Source: Myxococcota bacterium (lineage in GTDB: Bacteria; Myxococcota_A; UBA9160; UBA4427). From it: DNA of 64,000 nucleotides. The notes under the pieces are model-generated. The model had not been told where the DNA came from, did no database searches, and worked only from the letters and a program-made list of their open reading frames with translations. Position numbers and translations under genes: made by a program. Shown here piece by piece: positions 1 to 10,075 of the stretch (the stretch's first letter is position 1; every line of letters begins with the position of its first letter). The stretch covers positions 2,080,001-2,144,000 of the forward strand of contig OZ252299.1 of the NCBI GenBank assembly GCA_965250285.1, given 5' to 3'.

Positions 1-1
1 C

Positions 2-157
2 GCATCAGGCGCCGATGTGCTGACGCTTCCGTTCTCGACGAACGACGACGCGCCGAAGCTGAGGCCGATTGCCCCCGAGCCGGGCGGCACAGTCATCACG
101 GGCCCCGCGCTGTGCTTTCATACCGACGCGGGCGCACTCGAGGCGTGGACGGCCTAG
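2..157 (+). CDS. C-terminal fragment of an unidentified protein entering from the left edge
   Basis: Open frame from base 2 (ASGADVLTLPFSTNDDAPKLRP...ALEAWTA*) with genome-typical codons, ending TAG at 155-157. Confidence 0.4.
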   Translation, partial: ASGADVLTLPFSTNDDAPKLRPIAPEPGGTVITGPALCFHTDAGALEAWTA

Positions 158-249
158 CGCGCCGGCCGAGCCGGGATCCGACGCCCACGCGTGTCGCGTC
201 GGATGGTCATGGAGCGACGCCATTGCCACCTGCGGGCACGCGGGTCACC

Positions 250-1131
250 GTGCGGGTCGTGACCGAACGAACGAGCGCAGCGCCGCAGACCTCCTCACAG
301 CCCATTGCTCTCGTGACCGGCGCTTCGTCGGGCATCGGCGAGGCGTCTGCCCGCGCGCTCGCGGCGGCGGGCTTTCACGTCGTGCTCGCGGCAAGGCGAG
401 CCCCCGAGCTCGATCGCGTCGCCAAGTCGATTGCCGAGGCCGGCGGCTCGGCGCTGTCCGCCGCGGCCGACCTCTCGAACGAGGCCGAGACGACCGCGCT
501 CGCACAGCGCGTCCTTCGAGACTTCGGCGGCATCGACGTGCTCGTGAACAACGCGGGCTACGGCCCGGCGGCGGCGATCGAGCAGATCTCGCGCGACGCC
601 CTGCGCCATGCCTTCGAGGTGAACCTGCTCTCGGCGCTGCACCTGGTGGGCGCCGTCACGCCGGCGATGCGCGCGCGGGGTGGTGGCCGGATCATCAACA
701 TGGGCTCGCTCGGCGCGCGGGTGCCTGCGCCGCTGGCGGTGCCCTACGCAGCGACGAAGGCCGGCCTCGACATCGCGACCCGCGGCCTGCGCCTCGAGCT
801 CGAGCCCTTCGGCATCCACGTGGTGCAGATCGTGCCGGGCTTCGTCGACACCGCGACCTTCGACAACTCGCGCAAGGCGTCGGAGGCGCTGCGCGCCGAC
901 GCGACGAATCCGTACCGCCAGCGCATGATCGATCTCGATGCGTTCGCCCGGGCGAACGAGCAGAAGGCGATCCCGCCCGAGCACGTCGGTCGGCTGGTCG
1001 TGCATGCGGCGACCGCCAAGCGGCCGCACCCCACCTACTACGCACCGAGCTCGGCCCGGCTGCAGAGCGCGCTCTTTGGCGTCCTGCCCGAACGCCTCGC
1101 GGATGGCATCCTGCGTCGCGTCTACGGCTGA
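250..1131 (+). CDS. Short-chain dehydrogenase/reductase (SDR)
   Basis: TGASSGIG Rossmann motif, NNAG, catalytic YAATK; start uncertain (GTG at 250 or 259). Confidence 0.9.
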   Translation: MRVVTERTSAAPQTSSQPIALVTGASSGIGEASARALAAAGFHVVLAARRAPELDRVAKSIAEAGGSALSAAADLSNEAETTALAQRVLRDFGGIDVLVNNAGYGPAAAIEQISRDALRHAFEVNLLSALHLVGAVTPAMRARGGGRIINMGSLGARVPAPLAVPYAATKAGLDIATRGLRLELEPFGIHVVQIVPGFVDTATFDNSRKASEALRADATNPYRQRMIDLDAFARANEQKAIPPEHVGRLVVHAATAKRPHPTYYAPSSARLQSALFGVLPERLADGILRRVYG

Positions 1132-1289
1132 GCGGGGTTCACAGAGCGCGCGCCTTACCGTGCTGCCCGAACGCCTCGCCGACGGCATCCTGCTTCGCGT
1201 CTACGGCTGAGCGGGGTTCACAGAGCAGGCTCTTCGGCGTGCTGCCCGAACGCCTCGTCGACGGCATCCTGCTTCGCGTCTACGGCTGA
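1063..1289 (+). repeat. Three 79-bp tandem copies of the SDR gene 3' end
   Basis: CAGAGC...CTGCCCGAACGCCTCG...GTCTACGGCTGA units start at 1063, 1142, 1221; TGA ends at 1131, 1210, 1289. Confidence 0.95.
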
Positions 1290-1353
1290 ACAGGCTTCGA
1301 GCACCTGCGCGTCGACCGTCGGCTGATCGCGCGGGGTCGGCCTTCGTGATCGG

Positions 1354-2616
1354 TCAACGCTCGAAGGGCTCCGCGCGCACGTCGAAGCGCGCCCGGTAGT
1401 CGGCGAATTTCCGGTCGAGCCCCGCCTCATCGAGGCCGAACGTCTCGGGCAGATAGCTGTGCGTGCCGTGGCGATGCCGGGGGTTGTCGGCGAGGTAGCG
1501 CTTCATGCGCGCCTCGCTCTCACCATCGAGCGTGAGATCGAAGTGGTCGTAGATGCGGCCGACCGTGCCCATCGGATCGCCCACGACGTCGTCGTATGCG
1601 AGGTCGAGGATCCGGGCATCGATGTCGGGGCGCTGCGCCCGGGTCTCGATACACCGATCGAGCATCGCGCTCCACTGCGTGAGGTTCTCGCGACCGACGC
1701 GCTCGGGGTCGACCGCATCCGAGCTCGCCTGGCGCATCGTCACCTCGAGACTCGCGACCGACGGCATCACGCGCACCGGGTCGCGGTGCGTCTGCACGAT
1801 CATCGCGTCGGGATAGACCTCGAGCAGGGTCTCGAGCGTCCCGAGATGCCCGGGCGACTTGAGCACCCAGCGCCCCTTCGGCCCGCGCCACTGCAGATGC
1901 TGCAAGAAGCTGCGATGGAAGCGGTAGGCGTCGCCCATGTCCTGCTCGAGCATCCACTGCTGGTAGCCCCAGACGCCGAAGGTCATCTCGAAGCGCATGC
2001 TCATGAACTCGGGCGCCATCATCACGATGCACTCCTGAGGCATCAGCGCACCGATCGGATGGATCGCCTGAAAGCCGGGGGCGAGCTGCCGCACGTAGCC
2101 GAAGCGCTTCTCACTCGACGCGATGCGCGGGTCGGTTGCGAACGTCTCGGCCTCGGGCGGGGGATCGGGCTGGTCGACCTCCCACGACATCGGCGCGCGG
2201 GCCGCGGTGTCTTCGGCGAGCAATCCATAGAGCAGCGTCGTGCCGGTGCGCGGCAGACCGAGCACGAAGAGCGGGCGCTCGGTCGGGCCTGCGGCGATCC
2301 CGGGCTCGCGGTTGCGCCAGTCGACGAGACGCAGCCGCTGCTCGAGGAGCTCGACGATCTGCCGGCGCGCCATGAAGCGACCGAACAGGTTCAGCTCGGC
2401 ATCCTCTTCGAGCGACTGCACGAGGCGCGCAAGCCCGGGGCGAAAGCTCGCGGGCCCGAAGTCGTCGAGCCGCGTCGCGCGCGTCGCAGCGCGAAGCATC
2501 GACTCGGGGGCGAGCGAGACCGGCCGACGCCCGACGCGCTCGAGCCCACGACCGACCGCATTGGCGGTGCGAATCGGCCACGGTCGAAACGGCGTCGGCG
2601 GCAACACGGCGGTCAA
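1354..2616 (-). CDS. Sulfotransferase family protein (Sulfotransfer_3/Stf-like)
   Basis: PAPS-binding loop GLPRTGTT, WVLKSPGH, THRDP. Confidence 0.9.
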   Translation of the reverse strand: MTAVLPPTPFRPWPIRTANAVGRGLERVGRRPVSLAPESMLRAATRATRLDDFGPASFRPGLARLVQSLEEDAELNLFGRFMARRQIVELLEQRLRLVDWRNREPGIAAGPTERPLFVLGLPRTGTTLLYGLLAEDTAARAPMSWEVDQPDPPPEAETFATDPRIASSEKRFGYVRQLAPGFQAIHPIGALMPQECIVMMAPEFMSMRFEMTFGVWGYQQWMLEQDMGDAYRFHRSFLQHLQWRGPKGRWVLKSPGHLGTLETLLEVYPDAMIVQTHRDPVRVMPSVASLEVTMRQASSDAVDPERVGRENLTQWSAMLDRCIETRAQRPDIDARILDLAYDDVVGDPMGTVGRIYDHFDLTLDGESEARMKRYLADNPRHRHGTHSYLPETFGLDEAGLDRKFADYRARFDVRAEPFER

Positions 2617-2877
2617 GCGGTGGGCTCCTGGATGCGCGTCGATCGGACGCCGAGAGCGCGGGGCGCGCGGCGCGTTCGACGACGGACGAGACGCTCGGGG
2701 GCGACGCGCGAAGGCGCAACCCCCGTCCGCTCCACGCCGACGCTCGATGTCCGACGCTCGGGCGGTCCGAGTCCAACACGACGGGGGGCCGGCCCCTCGA
2801 CCGACTGCGCTCGGCTACGTTCGACCGCCCCGCGCAACGCGGGGCCCCGACCCAGACCCGTTGCCAGGAGAATCCCG

Positions 2878-4092
2878 ATGTCCGAAGGCCCGCTCTCACC
2901 GAGCCAACAGGCGTGGAACGACTTCGCCGACGAGCTCAAGCGCATCGGCGAGAAGATCACCGGGCCGACCGGCGCGCGCTCGGCCCGCGAACGCGCCGAG
3001 GGGTACCGCTATCTGGTGCGACTGCTCGCGGCCGCGCACGAGCTCGAGTTCGAGGCCGATCCGCTGAGACCCGAGCTGCGACGCATGATGACCCCGATCC
3101 GCAAGCTCAAGGGCGACGGGCCGGACACCCTCTACCACGAGGCGAAGCTCGATGCCGCCCATGGCTACGTGCTCGAAGTCGATCGCGGGGACGACCTCTT
3201 CTTCTCGGCGACGGTCTATGCGCGCAACGACGAAGGCGGGTTCTACATCGTCGACCACCTCGTCGACGACGACATCGAATGGACCGAACGCGACGGTCGC
3301 CCCCATGCGCGCATCAGCGTCTCGGCCGAGGGCGCCGGTGAGGGCCCGAACCGACTCGACGTCGCCGAGCGCGAGCCCGTGCTCTTCCTGCGACAGTACT
3401 TTCCCGAGCCGGTGCATCACGTCGACGCCGGCCGCTACGCACAGGCGCGACTCGCCCTCCACTGCACGAGCGACCTCCCCGCCCCCGAGACGTTCGACGA
3501 GGCGTCGCTGGTCGCAGGGCTACGTCGCGTGATCGACTTCGTCGACGACACGTCGAACGTGTCCATCGGGCTGTCGATCTATGCCGGGCTCAACCGGGTC
3601 TCGGCCGAGGGCTCGGTCGAGGGCATCGAGATCGCGGAGGGCCGCATGACCGAGGACCCGTTTGCCGACAGCGACCACTCGCCCGAAGAACTCGCTTCCA
3701 TGGTCGACCCCAAGCTCGTATCGAACAACCTGCCGGGGCCGGGCATCCAGTACCTCGGCGCCTGGTTCCAGCTCGGCGAAAGCGAAGCGGTGCGCATCAC
3801 GGGCACCCAGGTGCCCTGCCGGTACTGGTCCTGCCAGATCCTCAACCGTTTTCTCGAGTCGCTCGACTACCGGCACCGGCCGGTCGCGATCAACGATCGA
3901 CAGGTCAAGCTCGACGCGGGCGGGCGCTTCACGATCTACGCGAGCCGTGAGAACCCGGGCGTCGAGAACTGGATCTGCACCGAGGGCCTGACCGACGGGC
4001 ACATCGTGCTGCGCACCCTACTCGCCGACCCGCTCATGGAGGTCGAGTTCTCGGTGGTCGACGTGGCCGACATCTCCCCGGGCGCCGTCTGA
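2878..4092 (+). CDS. DUF1214-domain protein
   Basis: ATG after AGGAG; N-terminal AEGYRYL; C-terminal CRYWSCQ...ESLDY...NPGVENWI typical of the family. Confidence 0.75.
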   Translation: MSEGPLSPSQQAWNDFADELKRIGEKITGPTGARSARERAEGYRYLVRLLAAAHELEFEADPLRPELRRMMTPIRKLKGDGPDTLYHEAKLDAAHGYVLEVDRGDDLFFSATVYARNDEGGFYIVDHLVDDDIEWTERDGRPHARISVSAEGAGEGPNRLDVAEREPVLFLRQYFPEPVHHVDAGRYAQARLALHCTSDLPAPETFDEASLVAGLRRVIDFVDDTSNVSIGLSIYAGLNRVSAEGSVEGIEIAEGRMTEDPFADSDHSPEELASMVDPKLVSNNLPGPGIQYLGAWFQLGESEAVRITGTQVPCRYWSCQILNRFLESLDYRHRPVAINDRQVKLDAGGRFTIYASRENPGVENWICTEGLTDGHIVLRTLLADPLMEVEFSVVDVADISPGAV

Positions 4093-4126
4093 GCGGCCGA
4101 CCCGAGACCCCGGCTCGGCACCGACG

Positions 4127-4960
4127 CTAGATGCGCTTGAAGGCCGGTTTCCGCTTCTCGAGGAAGGCCTGCACGCCCTCGGCGAAGTCGGGCTGCTTGA
4201 ACGTGTCGAGCATCAGCTGGAACGACTGCTCGTTCGCGTGCTCGAGGTTCTCGGTCAGATCGCCGTACACCTGCCGCTTCATGGTGGCGATGCTCGAGGG
4301 CGAGCACTTCTCGGCCAGACTCTTCGCATAGTCGGTGACGTACGGCATCAGCTCGTCGGCCGGCAGCGTGCGGTTGACCAGGCCGAGCCGTTCGGCTTCG
4401 GCCCCGTCGATCTTGCGCCCCGAGATCAGCAGATCCATGGCGTTGGCCGGGCCCATCAGCCGCGAGAGCGTCCAGCTCGAGCCCCACTCGGCGATCAGGC
4501 CCCGTTGGGCGAACGCCGTGGTGAAGACCGCCGTATCCGACGCGAAGCGCAGGTCGCAGCAGGCGGCGATCGGCACGGCCATGCCCGCACACGGCCCGTT
4601 GATCGCCGCAATCACGGGCTTGGGGATCGACATCGGGTACGAGTAGTGCGCGCGGAAGCTCGCATCGGCGTTCGAGTCGCCGGGATCGGCCGCGAGCCAA
4701 TCGGGCAAGCCGCCGCCGCGCTCCCCCGCGCTGATCGCCTGCAGCCCCTTGAGGTCGGCCCCCGAGCAGAAGCCACGTCCGGCCCCGGTCAGCACGATCG
4801 CGACGACGCTCTGATCGCGCTCGGCACGCGCGAATGCGTGGCGCACCTCGGCGCCCATGCGATCGGTCCAGGCATTCAGCTGGTCGGGGCGGTTCAGCGT
4901 GATCGTCGCGATCGGATCGTCGACGCTGTAGATGATCTGCTCGTAGGACTCGTCCGGCAT
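4127..4960 (-). CDS. Enoyl-CoA hydratase/isomerase (crotonase)
   Basis: ITLNRP, FCSGADL, KPVIAAINGPCAG, EGVQAFLEKRKP; RBS before ATG 4960. Confidence 0.92.
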   Translation of the reverse strand: MPDESYEQIIYSVDDPIATITLNRPDQLNAWTDRMGAEVRHAFARAERDQSVVAIVLTGAGRGFCSGADLKGLQAISAGERGGGLPDWLAADPGDSNADASFRAHYSYPMSIPKPVIAAINGPCAGMAVPIAACCDLRFASDTAVFTTAFAQRGLIAEWGSSWTLSRLMGPANAMDLLISGRKIDGAEAERLGLVNRTLPADELMPYVTDYAKSLAEKCSPSSIATMKRQVYGDLTENLEHANEQSFQLMLDTFKQPDFAEGVQAFLEKRKPAFKRI

Positions 4961-5074
4961 GTCTGCTCCTGTGCTCCTGCCCTGTGTGCCTGATGGAGCC
5001 GCCGAGTGTACCGATTGCAGGAACGTCGCGAGGGTCTGGCACAGACCCACGCCCGGGTGCCGTAGCATTCGCCC

Positions 5075-6226
5075 ATGCCGATCCGCGTGCTCAGCCTCAA
5101 CACCTGGGGCCTCCCCTACGGCGTCGCGCGCGACCTGCCCGCACGGACCGAGGCGCTCGGCTCTGCGCTTGCGGTGCTCGAGCCCGACGTCGTCGCGCTG
5201 CAGGAGGTCTGGACCCCGCGCGCGCGCGGTCGGCTTCGCCAGCTCGCCGCCGAGGCGGGCCTGCCGCATGCCTTCTTCGTCGATCGCCCGCGCGGCAACG
5301 CAGGCCTGGTCGTGTTCTCGCGATGGCCCTTGGCACGCGGCGAGGCCCACCACTTTCGGGTCCGTGGCCGCGCCGAGCGGGTGCAACACAGCGATTACTG
5401 GGCGCGCAAGGGCTGGCTCGATCTCGCGATCGAGACGCCCGACGGCGAGCTCGGCCTGATCGACACCCACGTGCACGCGGCCTACGCCGACGGCGATCGT
5501 CCCGATGAGTACGCGGGCGAGCGGCTCGCCCAGGTGACCGAGCTGGCCCACGGGCTGCGCACGCGCGCGGGCTCGCTCCTCGCCGTCGGCGACTTCAACA
5601 TGCACGAAGGCAGCGAGGAGTACGAGGTCTGGCGCGCGCTCTCGGGCGCCACCGACGTCGCGGCGGCACTCGACCAGCGTCGAGCGACGGTGGAATCGAC
5701 CCACCCGTATACGCCCGCAGACGCCGAAGACCAGCGCATCGACTATGCGTTCACGCGAGGCGGGCTCCGCGCGCTGTCGATCGACCGCGTGCTCGACGGC
5801 CCGGTCGACCTCGGCGCGCGGCGCGGTCACTACTCGGATCATCACGGACTGCTGATCGAGCTCGACCCGAGCTCGGTCGGAGCGTCGCACGCGCCGTCGC
5901 CGCCCCCCGCCCGGTCGGTGCTCGAGCGCGCACGCACCCGGCTCGAGGAGGCCGCCGCCCGCACCGAGGCCCGGGCGCGGTTTCAGACGCGCGCCGGCGT
6001 GGCCGGGCTCGTGCTCTCGGGTGCAGCGGGCATCGCCGGCGGGCTCCGCACGCGCGAACGCAGGCGCTGGCTGCGCGCCGTCGCACTCGGTATCCCGGCG
6101 CTGACGGGCGTCGGTTCGGGGCTCGCCGTCGCGCTCGGCCGTGGCTTCACAGACGCCGAAGCCCGGCGCTTCCGCGAGGTCGCCCGCCTGCTCGACGGCT
6201 TCGAGCCGGCCGATCCGACGGCCTGA
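5075..6226 (+). CDS. EEP-family phosphodiesterase, neutral sphingomyelinase (SMPD2/Isc1)-like, with two C-terminal hydrophobic segments
   Basis: SLNTWG, LQEVW, HSDYWARKG, THVHAAY, GDFNMH, RIDY, SDH motifs. Confidence 0.75.
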   Translation: MPIRVLSLNTWGLPYGVARDLPARTEALGSALAVLEPDVVALQEVWTPRARGRLRQLAAEAGLPHAFFVDRPRGNAGLVVFSRWPLARGEAHHFRVRGRAERVQHSDYWARKGWLDLAIETPDGELGLIDTHVHAAYADGDRPDEYAGERLAQVTELAHGLRTRAGSLLAVGDFNMHEGSEEYEVWRALSGATDVAAALDQRRATVESTHPYTPADAEDQRIDYAFTRGGLRALSIDRVLDGPVDLGARRGHYSDHHGLLIELDPSSVGASHAPSPPPARSVLERARTRLEEAAARTEARARFQTRAGVAGLVLSGAAGIAGGLRTRERRRWLRAVALGIPALTGVGSGLAVALGRGFTDAEARRFREVARLLDGFEPADPTA

Positions 6227-6249
6227 ACGTCCTGCTACCGTCCGGCGCC

Positions 6250-6891
6250 ATGTCAGTGCGAGCCGTCATCTTCGATCTGGGGGGCGTCGTGCTGGGCTCG
6301 CCCCTGCACGCGATCCGCGACTACGAGCGCGAGCGCGGGGTTCCCGAGAACTTCGTGAACCACGTCGTGCGCGACACCGCACCCCACGGCGCCTGGTCCC
6401 GCCTCGAGCGCGGCGAGCTCTCGATGAATGCGTTCTACACCGCGTTCGCCGAAGACTGCCGCGCGGCCGGCCAGGAGATCGACGTGCCGGTGATGTTCCA
6501 GCGGATGGGCGAAGCCGCGAAGCCGCGGCCCGCGATGTTGACGGCGATCGACCGCCTGCGGGCCGGGGGGCTCAAGGTCGCCGCGCTCACGAACAACTGG
6601 GCGCACGACGGTGAACGAGGCGTCGACGACGGCACGCGCGCGCTCGAGCGCGTCTTCGACGTCTTCGTCGAGTCGAGCGTCGAGGGCCTGCGCAAGCCCG
6701 ACCCGCGCATCTACGAGCTCGTGTGCGAGCGTCTCGACGTCACACCCGACGTCTCGGCCTTCCTCGACGACATCGGCGGCAACCTCAAGCCGGCGCGCGC
6801 AATGGGGATGCAGACGATCAAGGTCGACGAGCCGCGCCAGGCGCTGAGAGAGCTCGAGGCGATCGTCGGGCTGAGCCTGCTCGAGAGCTGA
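6250..6891 (+). CDS. HAD-family phosphatase (epoxide hydrolase/ACAD10 N-terminal-like)
   Basis: FDLGGV, LTNNW, RKPDPRIY, FLDDIGGN. Confidence 0.9.
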   Translation: MSVRAVIFDLGGVVLGSPLHAIRDYERERGVPENFVNHVVRDTAPHGAWSRLERGELSMNAFYTAFAEDCRAAGQEIDVPVMFQRMGEAAKPRPAMLTAIDRLRAGGLKVAALTNNWAHDGERGVDDGTRALERVFDVFVESSVEGLRKPDPRIYELVCERLDVTPDVSAFLDDIGGNLKPARAMGMQTIKVDEPRQALRELEAIVGLSLLES

Positions 6892-6913
6892 CCCGAGCCG
6901 GGTCGCCGCCGGG

Positions 6914-7978
6914 CTACTCGGGGTACTCGACCTTGGCCGTCGGCGACTTCAAGACGCCCTGGCACGTCAGCACCCAGCCCTGCTCGATCTGCTTCGCGTC
7001 GACGCCGCCATCGTTGTGCAGCATCTCGACGTCGCCTTCCTTGACCAGCGCCATGCAGCAGCCGCAGTAGCCGTCCTCGCACGCAAAGGGCGGTTCGAGG
7101 CCGACGCGGCGCGCCGCGTGCAGGATCGTCTCTCCGTCCTGCAGCGTCACCTCGTGGGTCGCGCCGTCGAGCTGGAGCGTGACCGTCGGGCCGCCGCCCG
7201 TCGCGGGCACGCCGACCTCGACCTCGGCGACGGGCTCGAACTCGTCCGGCGACTCGAAGCGCTCGATGTGGAACTGCTCTCGCGCAACCCCCATGTGCTC
7301 GAGCGTCGATTCGACGATGTCCATGAAGGGACCCGGACCACACACGTAGAAGTCGGCGCCGGTCTGATCACCGACCTGTCCGCGCACGAAGTCGCTGTCG
7401 GCGAAGCCGTCGCGGTCGTCGAGGCGGTGCACCACCTCGAGCCGGCCACCATGCTTCGACTGCAACGCATCGAGCTCGGCCTTGAAGATGATCGACCGCT
7501 CGTCGCGGTTCGCGTACACCAGCTTCACGCTGCGCTCGGTCGTGGCCAGCGCCGTCTTGACGATCGAGATGACCGGCGTGATCCCGCTGCCCCCCGCGAA
7601 GAGCACGATGGGCGTCGCGCGGTCCTGCAGCACGAACACACCCGCCGGCTTCATCACCTCGAGGGTCGTGCCGGCCTGCACGTTGTCATTGAACCAGTTG
7701 GAGGCCCGGCCCTCGACGACGCGCTTGATCGTGACCTTGTGCACACCATCGGTGATCGGCGAGCTCGCAAGCGAGTAGCACCGCACCAGACGCTGCCCGG
7801 CGACCTCGACGCGGAACGTCAGGAACTGCCCGGCCTGATACGCGAACGTATCGGCGAGCGACTCGGGCACGTCGATCACCACCGACCGGGCGTCGTGGGT
7901 CTCATCGATCACCTCGCGCACGAGGAGGTCGTAGTAGGGGCCGTGGGGCTCGACGCCGCCATCCGCGCTGGCGCTCAT
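6914..7978 (-). CDS. Ferredoxin-NAD(P) reductase with C-terminal 2Fe-2S domain (KshB/PaaE-like oxygenase reductase)
   Basis: RCYSLASS, AGGSGITP, YVCGPGPFM, C-terminal ACEDGYCGCC...LTCQ. Confidence 0.88.
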   Translation of the reverse strand: MSASADGGVEPHGPYYDLLVREVIDETHDARSVVIDVPESLADTFAYQAGQFLTFRVEVAGQRLVRCYSLASSPITDGVHKVTIKRVVEGRASNWFNDNVQAGTTLEVMKPAGVFVLQDRATPIVLFAGGSGITPVISIVKTALATTERSVKLVYANRDERSIIFKAELDALQSKHGGRLEVVHRLDDRDGFADSDFVRGQVGDQTGADFYVCGPGPFMDIVESTLEHMGVAREQFHIERFESPDEFEPVAEVEVGVPATGGGPTVTLQLDGATHEVTLQDGETILHAARRVGLEPPFACEDGYCGCCMALVKEGDVEMLHNDGGVDAKQIEQGWVLTCQGVLKSPTAKVEYPE

Positions 7979-8245
7979 GCTTGGCTGCTCCGTTCAGACC
8001 CGCGCCGCGCGCGGGCTTTGATCCTAGGATGCGCTCGGCATCCTGCACCGGCTCGGTCGCCCCCTTTCGAGGGGACACGGCTCGAACCGGTTGGGCGCGC
8101 TCTCGAGGATCCCCTTGCGGGGAGCCCGCCGCGGAGAGCCCGGGCGGGCCGCACCGAGGGCCGGGAGGCGCTCGGCGCGGCGGGAGACTACCACCGATCG
8201 CCGGGCCTCGAAAAGCCGTGGGGGAGCAACGTTGGGCGGCGGGCG

Positions 8246-8632
8246 TCAGGGCGCCGCCTGGGCTTCGGGCGACGCTGGAGCGGCCTGTCCACCGTCGTCG
8301 AGCTCGACTTCGAGGCGGCGGCCCTTCGGCGTCGCGGGCCGCAGCTCGACCACGATCTGGGCCGGCTCCAGCGCGGGCGGCCCGCTCGGCTGGTCGACGC
8401 TGCGCAGGATCACCTGCTGCGCGCGGTGCCCGTCTTTCTTGACGAAGACCACGTGCCCGCGGTTGGCTTTCAGATCGAGCGTATCGGGCGGCGGCTCCGG
8501 CAGCGGCTCGCCGTCGACGAAGACCTGGACGACGCCGGGCCCCACCTGGAGCGGCACGATCTGCTTGGGCGCGCAGGCGAGCGCCAGCGCGACGACCAGC
8601 AGCCCCACCCCCCACGCGAACGACTTCGGCAT
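8246..8632 (-). CDS. Small lipoprotein, PEGA-like domain
   Basis: Signal peptide with lipobox LALAC; VFVDGE...HVVFVKKDGH pattern. Confidence 0.6.
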   Translation of the reverse strand: MPKSFAWGVGLLVVALALACAPKQIVPLQVGPGVVQVFVDGEPLPEPPPDTLDLKANRGHVVFVKKDGHRAQQVILRSVDQPSGPPALEPAQIVVELRPATPKGRRLEVELDDGGQAAPASPEAQAAP

Positions 8633-8819
8633 CGATTCCCCCACGGAACCCGCCAAGGCGGGCCTCCGCGACAGTGTAGCCGCAGACCGCCCGGCCCCCC
8701 GCGATGCGCACCCTGGGCCGCCGCAAAGCGATGCCCGTCGTGGCCCCCCGGTTCCCTCGCGATAGACTCCGCGCCCTCCGCGATCAAGATCCGGTCGCGC
8801 GACCGAAGAGAGGCCCGCC

Positions 8820-9977
8820 ATGAGCGCCGACGCAAAGCCCGACGTCCGTCCCGCCCGCCCCTGGTTCTCGTCTGGCCCGTGCGCGAAGCGACCCGGCTGG
8901 TCGCTCGACGCGCTCGAGGGCGCACTCGTCGGTCGCTCGCACAGGGCGAAGCCCGCGAAGGCGCGCATCCAGGAGGTGATCGACCGCTCGCGCGCCGTGC
9001 TCGGCCTGCCCGACGACTGGCGCCTCGGCATCGTGCCGGCGAGCGACACCGGGGCCGTCGAGATGGCGATGTGGTCGATGCTCGGCCCGCGTCCGGTCGA
9101 CATGCTCGCGTGGGAGAGCTTCGGCAGCGGCTGGGTCACCGACGTGGCCAAGCAGCTGGGCATCGAGCACCGCGCGCTGACGGCCGACTACGGCAGCCTG
9201 CCCGATCTCTCCCAGGTCGACCCGGACCACGACGTCGTGTTCACGTGGAACGGCACGACCTCAGGTGTGCGCGTCCCCAATGCAGACTGGATCGCGACCG
9301 ACCGCGCCGGGCTCGCGATCTGCGACGCGACCTCGGCGGCCTTCGCGATGCAACTCGACTTCGCCAAGCTCGACGTCGTCACCTGGTCGTGGCAGAAGGT
9401 GCTCGGGGGGGAAGGCGCACACGGCATGCTCGCGCTCTCGCCCCGGGCCGTCGAACGGCTCGAGTCGTTCGCGCCCGAGCGACCGCTGCCCAAGATCTTC
9501 CGCCTCACCAAGGGCGGAAAGCTCATCGAAGGCATCTTCGAGGCGGCGACGATCAACACGCCCTCGATGCTCGCAGTGGAGGACGCGGTCGACGGTCTGC
9601 GCTGGGCCGAGCAGGTCGGGGGCCTCGCCGGTCTCATTGAGCGCAGCCGCGCGAATCTCGCTGTGCTCGAAGGCTGGGTCGAGAAGACGCCCTGGATCGA
9701 GTTCCTCGCCGCCGACCCCGCGACGCGCTCGTCGACGTCGATGTGCCTCTCGATCGTCGACCCGTGGTTTCGGGCGCTCGACGCCGATGGTCAATCGGCC
9801 GCCGCCAAGAAGATCGGTTCGATCCTCGACTCGGAAGGCGTCGCCCAGGACATCGGCAGCTACCGAGACGCCCCACCCGGTCTGCGCATCTGGGGCGGCG
9901 CCACCGTCGACACCGCCGACCTCGAAGTCCTGATGCCCTGGCTCGACTGGGCCTGGCAACAAATCGCCCAGAACTGA
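8820..9977 (+). CDS. serC: Phosphoserine aminotransferase (Methanosarcina/alphaproteobacterial type)
   Basis: [31 protein letters not shown] lysine in [22 protein letters not shown]. Confidence 0.95.
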   Translation: MSADAKPDVRPARPWFSSGPCAKRPGWSLDALEGALVGRSHRAKPAKARIQEVIDRSRAVLGLPDDWRLGIVPASDTGAVEMAMWSMLGPRPVDMLAWESFGSGWVTDVAKQLGIEHRALTADYGSLPDLSQVDPDHDVVFTWNGTTSGVRVPNADWIATDRAGLAICDATSAAFAMQLDFAKLDVVTWSWQKVLGGEGAHGMLALSPRAVERLESFAPERPLPKIFRLTKGGKLIEGIFEAATINTPSMLAVEDAVDGLRWAEQVGGLAGLIERSRANLAVLEGWVEKTPWIEFLAADPATRSSTSMCLSIVDPWFRALDADGQSAAAKKIGSILDSEGVAQDIGSYRDAPPGLRIWGGATVDTADLEVLMPWLDWAWQQIAQN

Positions 9978-10075
9978 CCCGCCCCCCCTCGCCAAGCGAG
10001 GCGACCTCCGACCGGCATGCAGCGCCCCTCCACACGCGCACAAACGAGCTGCACCGCCCGCACCAGACGTCCGTT

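Noticed and set aside
1063..1289. Triplicated SDR end as a DGR template/variable repeat or CRISPR array
   Set aside because: Differences are not adenine-specific, no reverse transcriptase or cas genes are present, and there are no unique spacers
7016..9640. Very long alternative-frame or antisense ORFs (also 35680-38277, 53377-56190 and others)
   Set aside because: Arg/Ala/Pro-rich shadow ORFs typical of high-GC DNA that overlap well-supported genes
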